This document shows positions 43,138-51,423 of a stretch of DNA of 64,000 bases, piece after piece (position 1 is the first letter of the stretch; each line of letters begins with the position of its first letter). Source of the DNA: an archaeon (lineage in GTDB: Archaea > Iainarchaeota > Iainarchaeia > Iainarchaeales > JAAZKV01); NCBI GenBank assembly GCA_041659525.1, contig JBAZYC010000001.1, positions 205,731 through 269,730 on the forward strand, written 5' to 3'. The translations under genes and the position numbers were made by a program. The notes under the pieces are model-generated. The model worked only from the letters and a program-made list of their open reading frames with translations. It was not told the DNA's origin and made no database searches.

Positions 43138-43252
43138 TCCCCCCTCCCAGAATTGCACCGGGGATATCTCGGTTACCGCACCAGAAAGATTATTTCTTTC
43201 ATGGGATTATAGATACTACAGCCGAGCGTTCTAGCTACTAAACTAAGGGGGG
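43138..43252 (-). tRNA. tRNA-Tyr (GUA) with a 42-nt intron at the canonical 37/38 position (intron ~43174..43215); no encoded CCA
   Basis: Hand fold of the minus strand: CCCCCCT-TA-GTTT-AGTAGCTA-GAAC-G-CTCGG-CTGTAG[42-nt intron]A-CCGAG-ATATC-CCCGG-TGCAATT-CTGGG-AGGGGGG-A. All stems pair (one G.U in each of the D and T stems). C1:G72 is the archaeal/eukaryal Tyr identity pair. The T-loop has G instead of U at position 55, and the D-loop lacks GG. Confidence 0.85.
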
Positions 43253-43386
43253 ATAAGGAGCTTTGCTTTCTTGTCCTTAATTGAAATAGTGGCAGAGGAG
43301 TTTTTTAAAGGTTTTGAGTGGGTTTTTGAAGTAAAGTTTTTGGTTTTAGTTAAGTTGTTTTTTAAAAAAAATAGAGTTTAAGAGAG

Positions 43387-44295
43387 TTATTTTTTCTTTT
43401 TCTTAGAATTAATTTTTTTCTTAGCTTTACCTGTAAAGCGATTAGCTTTAACTTCTTCTCTTTTTTTAACAAATTTTGATATTACTATTGGCCAAATTAG
43501 GGTGATGAATATTCCTGCTGAAAAGAAAGTTATTTGAGCTATTATCCCAGTAAATACAAAGTAAGCTAGTGCTCCCATTACCCCAAATATTGCCGTTCCA
43601 AAGAATAGTATCACTATTTTTTGATTTGTTGTTTTTGCTCGCACCATTACTTCAGCGAGTTTTGTGTGTCTGTATATTGCGTATCCTAAAAAGTATCCAA
43701 GTAGAGCATATGCTCCGTAGTATTCAGAGGGAACAAATAAGTTGAATACTATTAGTGCTACAAAAAATATTACTATTATGAATTCTTCTCTTATTTTTGA
43801 AATATGGAACTCTGTTTTGTTTATTTTTGCTTCAAATTTATAAACAACTAAAGCAATTATTGATCCTAAAAATAATCCAGCTATTACATCACTCAAATAA
43901 TGTACCCCTAAGTACATTCTTGAGATTGCTGTTAGTAGTGCTAGTACTAATATTAAGTATTTGAAATTCTTTTTTATTTCTCTTGAAAGAAAAGCATAAA
44001 CAGCAGCTATTCCTGCGATTGTTGAGTGTCCTGATGGAAAAGAAGATCCTACTACATTATCAAGAATCTTTATTCCTTCTGGTCTTGGTCTTGCAATAAT
44101 GCTTTTGAATAACCCTGAAAAAAATGATCCTATTAGTAAGAGTGACATTACGGTGAAACTCTTTTTTTCTTTTCCCAACCAAAATAACCATGCCCCAAGA
44201 ACGAACCAAGGAATTGGACTACCAAAATAAGTAATTATTTTGAAAAATAAATCTAAAAGATGGGTTGAGAAGGATTGTATGAATTGATTTATCAT
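43387..44295 (-). CDS. PAP2-family membrane phosphatase (phosphatidic acid phosphatase type 2 / undecaprenyl-diphosphatase-like)
   Basis: Three signature motifs: KSIIARPRP (KxxxxxxRP), PSGHS, SRMYLGVHYLSDV (SRxxxxxHxxxD). Multiple TM helices and a Lys-rich tail. Track start is TTG 44325; first ATG at 44295. Confidence 0.85.
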   Translation of the reverse strand: MINQFIQSFSTHLLDLFFKIITYFGSPIPWFVLGAWLFWLGKEKKSFTVMSLLLIGSFFSGLFKSIIARPRPEGIKILDNVVGSSFPSGHSTIAGIAAVYAFLSREIKKNFKYLILVLALLTAISRMYLGVHYLSDVIAGLFLGSIIALVVYKFEAKINKTEFHISKIREEFIIVIFFVALIVFNLFVPSEYYGAYALLGYFLGYAIYRHTKLAEVMVRAKTTNQKIVILFFGTAIFGVMGALAYFVFTGIIAQITFFSAGIFITLIWPIVISKFVKKREEVKANRFTGKAKKKINSKKKKK

Positions 44296-44373
44296 TATTT
44301 CTTCGAAAACCAAAATCTTCACCAACCATTTTCAAAATATGTCCATGAATTTGAGTTTTTTATTTTCTCAAAT

Positions 44374-44467
44374 TCTTTAGACTCTTTAGAGTCTTTAGAC
44401 TCCTTAGAGTCTTTAGACTTTTATTTATAAAAAAATTTATTCTTTAGACTCTTTAGAGTCCTTAGCA
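44374..44467. repeat. 9-nt tandem repeat TC(T/C)TTAGA(C/G): 5 intergenic copies plus 3 copies forming the gene's 3' end
   Basis: Copies at 44374-44418 (tctttagac tctttagag tctttagac tccttagag tctttagac) and 44441-44467, inside the CDS. In the CDS they encode ..KDAKDSKESKE*. The two blocks are separated by a stop codon and an A7 run, and the distal block is out of frame by 1. Confidence 0.85.
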
Positions 44468-44904
44468 TCTTTTGGAACTTTTTTCTTTAGTCTTCCCATA
44501 CCAGGTATTTCTATTTGAGAATAATCAACCATGAGTCCGCATGCTTTGAGACATTTTCTTGTAGCGTATGTTCTCAAAAAGTCAGCTACTTCTTTTTGCT
44601 GATTTTTTTGCAAGGTAGGTATTTGAGAAATTTCATTTATCACTTTTGAAATAGTTCTTGAATTAATTTCTTCTAAAGCTTTTACTGCATCCCCTTTAGC
44701 AAGTCCAAGTGTTTGGATTGCTGCGTCAAGTTTTGGTAAATCAACTTTTTTGCTTAAGTTAGATTCAACTTTAGCATCAACACTATTAGTAAGGCTTGCA
44801 AGAAATTCCATTACAGTTAATGGATCAGTTTTTTCTGTTACTGTTTGTTTCTTTACTGCTTTCCAACCATCATAATTAGCTACAAATTGAATACTTCCTT
44901 CCAT
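44437..44904 (-). CDS. Hypothetical protein with Lys/Ser/Glu-repeat tail, 155 aa
   Basis: ATG ORF (MEGSIQFVANYDGWKAV..). No family recognised. Confidence 0.55.
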   Translation of the reverse strand: MEGSIQFVANYDGWKAVKKQTVTEKTDPLTVMEFLASLTNSVDAKVESNLSKKVDLPKLDAAIQTLGLAKGDAVKALEEINSRTISKVINEISQIPTLQKNQQKEVADFLRTYATRKCLKACGLMVDYSQIEIPGMGRLKKKVPKDAKDSKESKE

Positions 44905-45026
44905 CTCAACACACCTTTCCTTTAATTTTTTAATTGACCCCTATTAGGGTAATCCTTCACTTATCTTGTATTCATTTTGTTTAAAAGGATTCTCTATCAA
45001 GAAAGTTTTTATAGGGTTGAATTAAT

Positions 45027-45998
45027 TTGGATAAAAATAATCTAAAAAAAGATTTTTCTCACAAAAAGTATGGTTTCTTTGAAGACGCCTCTGTTCAAGT
45101 TTGCGAGTGGAACAAAAAAGCTCTTCGTTCAGAAGGAAAGAATCATTGTTATAAGCAGGATTTTTATGGAGCTGATACGCTTTCCTGCCACCAAATTGCT
45201 CCCACTACTTTTTGGTGTAATAATTCTTGCATTTTTTGTTGGAGACCAAAAGAATACATGGGTAGTACTCCTGACAACACTTCAGATCCCAAAAAAATGA
45301 TTGAAGGATTAATTGAGGAAAGAAAAAAATTGATTAGTGGTTTTGGAGGACATGATAAGGTTAGTAAGAGTACTTTTGATAGTGCTTTGCAAACAAAGCA
45401 CTGGGCGATTTCTCTTTCAGGAGAACCAACTTTATACAAAAAACTTCCCGAGCTTGTAAAATTATTAAAAGAAAGAAAAGGAACTGAAACTGTTTTTATA
45501 GTTAGTAATGGAGAGAATCCTAAGATGATTCAAAAAATGTGGAAAGAAAATTCACTCCCCACTCAATTATACATTTCAATGGTTGCTCCTAATGAAAAAT
45601 TGTTTAAGAGTATTACTTGTAATAAAGAGAAAGATGGTTGGAAAAAATATTTGCGTACCCTTGCAATGCTGGCTCTTCTTCCTTGCCGAACGGTTATTCG
45701 ACTTACTTTGATTAAAGAATTAAATGAGTCTATAGAAACTATTGAAGAATTTGCAAAAATTTTAGAAGTAGTTAAACCAGATTTTGTTGAAATAAAATCT
45801 TACATGTGGTTAGGTTATTCAAGAGAGAGACTAAGAGAAGAAAATACCCCTTCTTATGAATATACAAAAGATTGGACAAATAAACTCCTTGCCTTAATGC
45901 CTTCTTTTAAATTTGAATCAGAGAAAGTTAATTCAAGAATAATTCTTTTGAAAAGAAAATCTTCAAAGTTCCCTACTAAGATAATTGATAGAGATTAG
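45027..45998 (+). CDS. taw1: tRNA 4-demethylwyosine synthase (radical SAM, Taw1/TYW1)
   Basis: ..VQVCEWNKKALRSEGKNHCYKQDFYGADTLSCHQIAPTTFWCNNSCIFCWRP.. carries the auxiliary-cluster Cys residues plus the radical-SAM CxxxCxxC motif, arranged as in archaeal Taw1. ..AISLSGEPTLY.. is also present. The ~320-aa length is typical. The start is apparently TTG (no in-frame upstream ATG). Confidence 0.85.
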   Translation: MDKNNLKKDFSHKKYGFFEDASVQVCEWNKKALRSEGKNHCYKQDFYGADTLSCHQIAPTTFWCNNSCIFCWRPKEYMGSTPDNTSDPKKMIEGLIEERKKLISGFGGHDKVSKSTFDSALQTKHWAISLSGEPTLYKKLPELVKLLKERKGTETVFIVSNGENPKMIQKMWKENSLPTQLYISMVAPNEKLFKSITCNKEKDGWKKYLRTLAMLALLPCRTVIRLTLIKELNESIETIEEFAKILEVVKPDFVEIKSYMWLGYSRERLREENTPSYEYTKDWTNKLLALMPSFKFESEKVNSRIILLKRKSSKFPTKIIDRD

Positions 45999-46038
45999 GC
46001 AAGTTCGCTAATTCAAAACTTATTAGGTTAAAATTAAT

Positions 46039-49000
46039 TTACTTTACACAGCTTACACTTGAATCATTTATTTTTGTTGAAAGCTTTTTCCCCTCATTTC
46101 CAGCTTTAGCATAAATTGTATCTTCTGGCCACCAAATTAGTTCTCTGTTTCCTAGACTTGAAACGCAAATACTTTTTGCTTCTACCCCTTTGAATGCATT
46201 ATACAAAGAATTAGGAGTGGATGAATTCGATTTGTCATTTGAAACCATTGTATTTATTCCTCCAAGCGGAAGTGGGTTACTCATTCCTTCTAAATCATTT
46301 GTGCTAAATATTTGTCCGTTCTCTGGTTTTACTATACTATAATTTTCACTAACAGGAGAATAAGCTACAGTTTTTAGATAACTTTTTCCACTTACTTGCG
46401 CAGTACTAAGTCCTACCCCATATAATTTTCCAATTCCATAATCAGGAGTTTTTTTGAAGAAAGTAGATAAAGGACTATCTACAAAGTCTGAGCATTCCCC
46501 AACAGAAGATAGTAAGAACATGTTACTCAAATTCGAGCTGAATGGGTTATTATCTTTGTTAATCATGTAAACAAAATCAGTTTCTTTTCCCTCTATTCCA
46601 TTTAATTCAAACAATAAAGGAGTGGCTGTTGTTGGAGAAAAGATTATTTTTGAATTATTATCATTGTAATTTTTTGTATTATAATTGTAAGTGTAATCAA
46701 ATATTTTTCCCCTCATTGATGGGAGTGCATTTAGGAGTGCAAAATTATTTACTTTAGTAAACCCTACTCTTGAAAGTGAATCTTTTTGATTTGATTCTAA
46801 AATTGCTCCCGCCGCATTTGATACTACAAATTCGTCTCCTGAATTCATTATTGATGAACCATATTTTTCGCGGCTTCCAGCATATTTTGTTCCAACTGAA
46901 CCATCAATTGGAGTATAGAACCAAGGACTATACCCATTATTTACCGGATCTAATAAATAGAGATCAACAATTATTTTAGCATTAGGTATTCCGCTTTCAA
47001 ATAATTTTGTATCATCAGCAAAATCAATTACTAATTTTACTCTGTATTTTCCAGCATCAGGGAGAGTCCATTTTAGATTTGGATTCAAAAAATTTGCTTG
47101 TGAACTATAATAGAAATAATCTTTTTCTTCCAGGTATTTCTTCGATCCGCTTACAGGATCAACAAATGAAGGCCCTGCTTTTAGAATTGCTCCAGTATAA
47201 TCATTTACAAAATCATATTGGAAAGCGGTTCCATACCCATCTCTCATTAAGTTAACATTGAAATCTATTATATCAGTCATTTCTTTTGCATTATTTATTT
47301 TTTCTACATCACTAAACCAATAATCCCATTCAGTTGGAGCAGCATCTTCAAAGAAATAATAAATTGCTGGCTTACCATCATATTCTCTTGTAGTCATTGG
47401 CAAGTAACAAATTTCTTCACTATCATTTCCACCAGTATACTCAGTTCCAGTATCAGGATTAATTAGATTTATTCTTACTTTTGTTAAAACTTTTTTTGCA
47501 GGATTCTCCGGGCAATAAGGTGAAACAGTTTGTAAGAAATTTGTTAGTGCCCCAATTTTTTTGCTAATTAAAATACTCATTTGGGTTGCATCAAGGTAAG
47601 GTTCTTCACTACTTCCGCTTCCAACTGCTGCGCTTGTTAGTGAACGGTATGAAGTTGATGCGCTTGAGAGTGATCCAATTCCTTTTACACTATTCCAATC
47701 CCATGAAAGAATTGTTTTTGGTAAAGCACTAGTTCCTGTTGTTCCTCTTAGTAATCCGTTTACACAATCATTTCCTACGAAAGCAACGTAATTATTTCCT
47801 TTCCTTGGTTCTGCATTAAATTTGAAGTGGTACTTTATAGTAGTTGGTTCTACGGCAAAGTCAGGTACATTAAATGGACCAAAAGTTGAATTAGTTATTG
47901 TGGGGTTTGAATGAGTGTGTTTCATTACATTAAATTCTACTAATCCGTAACCATTTTGTCTAATTCCATTTGAAGCAAACACTGCTCCTACTTCTTGGGA
48001 TTCGTAAACTCCAAATACTTGTGCATCAGAGAAATCCCAAACCGCTTTTACTCCATTATTTGAAATAGTAATTTCTTTTCCATCGTGAACCAAATTAATA
48101 ATATAATCAGGCATAGTCATAGTAACTATATTTGCACAATCTTCTTTCAAAAGTGAATCATTTTGTGAAGTAGTTGTTTCTTCATCAGCGAAAAAAATCT
48201 TTTTAGTTGTTTCGATTTGAGGAGCACTAGTTGCTGATCCGCTATTTGAAGTATCAATATCACTACTATCTCTTAGTGGAGAGGAACTTGTCGAGTAAGA
48301 AGTATTTTTTGTAGTGTAAACTCCTCCTTCATAAGCCCCATTAACAAATCCAGTACTAACCGCTGAACCAATTATTCCAATCATTCTTTTTTTGTTATAC
48401 TCTCCATCAAGCGGAACAAATGAATCACTTACTTCAAACGTAGAAGCTTCACTTGAATTCTCTTCTTGTTTAGATAAATTTCCAGCAGCAGTTATAGCAG
48501 GAGTAATACTTGCATTAGCTAAAGTTATTTCATCTTGCAAAGCATAAATCGCATCAATCGCAGAAGTTATTTTAGTAGTAGCGTCAGAAAGTTGAGGAAC
48601 ATAATCAGTAGTCATTTGCTGATAGGTTCTGAAAAGACTATAAAGTTGATTTACCTGTCCAATTAAAGAAATTATATTAGCATATTGGAGAGTTGCTTCA
48701 GATTGCGCAGTTGTAACCGCGGTTTGCGCAGTAACTAATGTACCAACAGCAGCACAACAAGTAGGATCTCCAGCTTCAGGAGTCAAGTCACATGAAGCTT
48801 GTGCCAAAGGCATTGCTGTAACAATAGCTCCACTTGTGGCTTTAAGTCCTGCTTGAATTGATCCAACTGTACCCGCTTCTGGAGCAAGCATTCCTATTAA
48901 ACTCACAATGGAACTTAAAGCTGATATAATAAGATCTGTTTTTGCATTATCATTATCAGTTAATGCAACTGTAATATCATCACTTGAAGTTAGCAATGGA

Positions 49001-51291
49001 TCAAGTGCTTCTGTTAGAATTGGTTGCATTGATGAAAGTTCGGCTTTTGCACTCATTAAATATTCTTTTGCTTGCTCATCATCACTCGAAGCAGAAGTTA
49101 AAGAATTTACTGAAGCAGATGCAAGCATTAATTGCATGTAATCATTTGCTTTGATTGCTTTTGCTTCTAATTTAGAAAGTTTATCAAGAGAAGTTTTTGT
49201 ATTACTAAGTGCACTTTCAGCATTAATTGTTTCCTGATCTTTTGATAATGCTACCAACGAATTATAAGTAGAATAAAGAGTACCCATTGTAGACAAAATC
49301 AGACCTGCCGTTTTGTAATGCAATACCCCTGCTGATGTCGCATCAGTCATACCTGCAGTCATCGTAGCTTTTTGCTCAGATATCACAGCACAAGGTAACA
49401 CTGCTTTTTCAGCAGTAGAAGCTGCTGTTAAACTAGTTGACAATACAGTTGCTGTGGATACAAGGCTAGTAATTGAACTAAAAATGCTGACTATTGAAGA
49501 TGCCATATCCGCAGCGCCAAAGCTATTCGCATTTCCAATCGCATCTTGTAAAGCTTTTGTCGAGTCATTTGATTTTTCTGCTGCATCTATTACTGCTTTT
49601 GTTTTTGCTAGTACTCCTTTTGAATCAGTATAAGCTTGTTTGATTTGAGAATTTTTTTGTGAAGAGTATTGTTGGGCTGCCATTGAAATGCTGTCAGTTG
49701 CACCCAAAGTGTTTATCATTGCTGCTTGATATTTTCCTGTTCCTGAGTAGTAATCATAATTTGTTGCAAGTTCGTTCCACCAAGTTTTTCCGAGTCCAAC
49801 ATAAGAAGTCATTGCTGCTCCAATTGAAGTGTCCCCTTTTATTCCTAGTGAGCTTTTGTAAAGAGAACAAACACTCGCTTCAACTGGAATATCTTCTGTC
49901 AAAGTATTATTTTTGATTCTAATTGAATCGCGTGTTCCTCCTAAGAGAGAGATAACAAATTTGTTAGGAACAATATTTTCTGCCTGTGTTGGTTGAACAA
50001 TTAATACTTTTTCATCAATTAGTACTTTTAGCATTCCCGGAATTCTGGCATAAACTGGTATTCCGTATGCTCCCGAAATTTCTTTTCTTGTAATTGAAAC
50101 TGATTTAGTAGCATTTCCTTGTGGACTTAAAGAAAAACTCATTCTATCAAGTTCAATTCCTCCTTCTGTATTCCCAGAGCATTCGGGATCATTATCGCAA
50201 AGAGAAATTTCTACGCTCTTTGAAGAACAAGAAGAAACATCTATGATCATTTGAGTGGATTCTTGATTTGGTTTTATTTCCATACTGGTTGGAGTTATTT
50301 TTACACATTGTTCTAAATTATCTAAAGCTAAATCGAAATTTATTTTTCCCTTGCTTTCCCCTATTCCAAAGTTTAGTACAAACATGGCTGTTCTTCCAGC
50401 ATATTCTCTAAACGGAGTAAAAACTATTTTTGTATCATATTCTCCTTGAGCAGGAACTGGAAAAATTGGTCTTTCTGAACTAAAGAGTACCCCTCCATAT
50501 TTGTTATTCCCTAGAGTTACTTCCACATTCCCCATTTGTTCCCCAGTCCAATTCACAGAGGAAACTAAATCATTGTAAGATTCGCAATTAACTTTTATTC
50601 TTGTGTTTAATTCAAACGAACCATAGTGAGTAGATTCTTTTATATTTGTTCTCTCAAGAGAGATGCAACCCGTTTCTACAAATTCTACAAAAGAGTAATC
50701 TGAAGGAATTTCTATTATGGTTGTTTCATTAGTGTCTTCATCAGTAATTACAAATTGGAAAGTTAAATCAGTGCTCCCTCCTTCTGGGAAAATATAAGTT
50801 TGAGTATTTTCATCAAAGTATCCTTCAAGCCCAAAGTCATTAAGAGGATTTAGAGTAAAATGAATGTTTCCATTTTCGTCAAGGTAAGTTCCATCTGAAA
50901 CAGTTTTCACTACTATTTGCCCATTAGAATTTTTTACCACAAGTTTTATTGTTTGGTTTTGTCTTACAAGCATATTTGTTTTTATTGAAGAGTTTACTAA
51001 ATCATTGGGATTTCCTTTTAAGTGTAATATGTTTCCGTCAGTTTCGTAAGAATCAATTAATTCTCCATTTTTTGAAATACTTACTTTTGAAGAGATTTTT
51101 TCCCCATTGGGTCCAAAGAGAGGATTGTTTTTTTGATTGGTTAAACTAAAGAAAAGTGCTAGTACTATTATTAATACTAATATAATCGCTCCGATTGTAA
51201 TCATCTTTCTAAAAGGAAAAATTGGCTCTTCAGCATCTTCTTCTTTTTTGTAAGAATAATAACTTTCTTCTTCTAACTGTTTTTTAGACAT
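46039..51291 (-). CDS. Giant membrane-anchored surface protein, paralog D (GP-D), 1750 aa
   Basis: ATG is preceded by GTGATTAA. The N-terminal acidic/aromatic tail is followed by a TM helix (KMITIGAIILVLIIVLALFFSL). A beta-rich N-terminal third follows, then a ~500-aa Ala/Ser/Thr-rich helical middle (residues ~490-990). The C-terminal third is collinear with GP-C (..YLDATQMSILISKKI.., ..YSPWFYTPIDGSVGTKYAG.., ..SICVSSLGNRELIWWPEDT..). Confidence 0.9.
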   Translation of the reverse strand: MSKKQLEEESYYSYKKEEDAEEPIFPFRKMITIGAIILVLIIVLALFFSLTNQKNNPLFGPNGEKISSKVSISKNGELIDSYETDGNILHLKGNPNDLVNSSIKTNMLVRQNQTIKLVVKNSNGQIVVKTVSDGTYLDENGNIHFTLNPLNDFGLEGYFDENTQTYIFPEGGSTDLTFQFVITDEDTNETTIIEIPSDYSFVEFVETGCISLERTNIKESTHYGSFELNTRIKVNCESYNDLVSSVNWTGEQMGNVEVTLGNNKYGGVLFSSERPIFPVPAQGEYDTKIVFTPFREYAGRTAMFVLNFGIGESKGKINFDLALDNLEQCVKITPTSMEIKPNQESTQMIIDVSSCSSKSVEISLCDNDPECSGNTEGGIELDRMSFSLSPQGNATKSVSITRKEISGAYGIPVYARIPGMLKVLIDEKVLIVQPTQAENIVPNKFVISLLGGTRDSIRIKNNTLTEDIPVEASVCSLYKSSLGIKGDTSIGAAMTSYVGLGKTWWNELATNYDYYSGTGKYQAAMINTLGATDSISMAAQQYSSQKNSQIKQAYTDSKGVLAKTKAVIDAAEKSNDSTKALQDAIGNANSFGAADMASSIVSIFSSITSLVSTATVLSTSLTAASTAEKAVLPCAVISEQKATMTAGMTDATSAGVLHYKTAGLILSTMGTLYSTYNSLVALSKDQETINAESALSNTKTSLDKLSKLEAKAIKANDYMQLMLASASVNSLTSASSDDEQAKEYLMSAKAELSSMQPILTEALDPLLTSSDDITVALTDNDNAKTDLIISALSSIVSLIGMLAPEAGTVGSIQAGLKATSGAIVTAMPLAQASCDLTPEAGDPTCCAAVGTLVTAQTAVTTAQSEATLQYANIISLIGQVNQLYSLFRTYQQMTTDYVPQLSDATTKITSAIDAIYALQDEITLANASITPAITAAGNLSKQEENSSEASTFEVSDSFVPLDGEYNKKRMIGIIGSAVSTGFVNGAYEGGVYTTKNTSYSTSSSPLRDSSDIDTSNSGSATSAPQIETTKKIFFADEETTTSQNDSLLKEDCANIVTMTMPDYIINLVHDGKEITISNNGVKAVWDFSDAQVFGVYESQEVGAVFASNGIRQNGYGLVEFNVMKHTHSNPTITNSTFGPFNVPDFAVEPTTIKYHFKFNAEPRKGNNYVAFVGNDCVNGLLRGTTGTSALPKTILSWDWNSVKGIGSLSSASTSYRSLTSAAVGSGSSEEPYLDATQMSILISKKIGALTNFLQTVSPYCPENPAKKVLTKVRINLINPDTGTEYTGGNDSEEICYLPMTTREYDGKPAIYYFFEDAAPTEWDYWFSDVEKINNAKEMTDIIDFNVNLMRDGYGTAFQYDFVNDYTGAILKAGPSFVDPVSGSKKYLEEKDYFYYSSQANFLNPNLKWTLPDAGKYRVKLVIDFADDTKLFESGIPNAKIIVDLYLLDPVNNGYSPWFYTPIDGSVGTKYAGSREKYGSSIMNSGDEFVVSNAAGAILESNQKDSLSRVGFTKVNNFALLNALPSMRGKIFDYTYNYNTKNYNDNNSKIIFSPTTATPLLFELNGIEGKETDFVYMINKDNNPFSSNLSNMFLLSSVGECSDFVDSPLSTFFKKTPDYGIGKLYGVGLSTAQVSGKSYLKTVAYSPVSENYSIVKPENGQIFSTNDLEGMSNPLPLGGINTMVSNDKSNSSTPNSLYNAFKGVEAKSICVSSLGNRELIWWPEDTIYAKAGNEGKKLSTKINDSSVSCVK

Positions 51292-51423
51292 TTAATCACT
51301 TGTAAAATCAATAGATTAAACGTTTTTTTTATTTAAATACTTTGGGAGTGAAGAAATTAGCAAAAAGAAGAGAGTTTTCTAAACTAATTTTTTACCTTTA
51401 TACAGCAAAGGGTTTGCCAAATT

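Larger units (their letters stand above)
32991..43148. mobile_element. Putative ~10.2-kb integrated element at the 3' end of tRNA-Tyr (integrase-proximal end at the tRNA, att-like 14-mer at the far end)
   Basis: TAATCCCCCCTCCC occurs at 43135-43148. There it covers 3 nt of 3' flank, the discriminator, the acceptor 3' strand and 3 nt of the T-stem of tRNA-Tyr. The same 14-mer recurs in the same orientation at 32991-33004. A tyrosine integrase gene (41836..43080) directly abuts the tRNA. The cargo is small wHTH proteins, membrane proteins and hypotheticals. The housekeeping-like flanks are a DUF1697 gene on the left and the tRNA plus a PAP2 gene on the right. Confidence 0.55.

Noticed and set aside
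22344-44467. Could the short tandem repeats (17-nt period at 22344-22420; 9-nt units at 44374-44467) or the 32-nt repeat pair be a CRISPR array?
   Set aside because: The units are far too short and contiguous (no spacers), or occur as only two copies 1.3 kb apart. No cas genes are in the window.
17287-45439. Short ORFs overlapping stronger genes on the opposite strand or in another frame. These are 17287..17481, 17987..18247, 18755..18943, 26951..27166, 28071..28265, 28393..28617, 29281..29562, 29876..30064, 31355..31597, 32672..32938, 33624..33869, 34587..34790, 36980..37222, 37457..37678, 38786..38968, 39015..39248, 39414..39620, 42818..43057, 45070..45300 and 45164..45439.
   Set aside because: Each is nested within a longer ORF that has motif-level or contextual support. 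None shows a motif, an SD or sensible composition.
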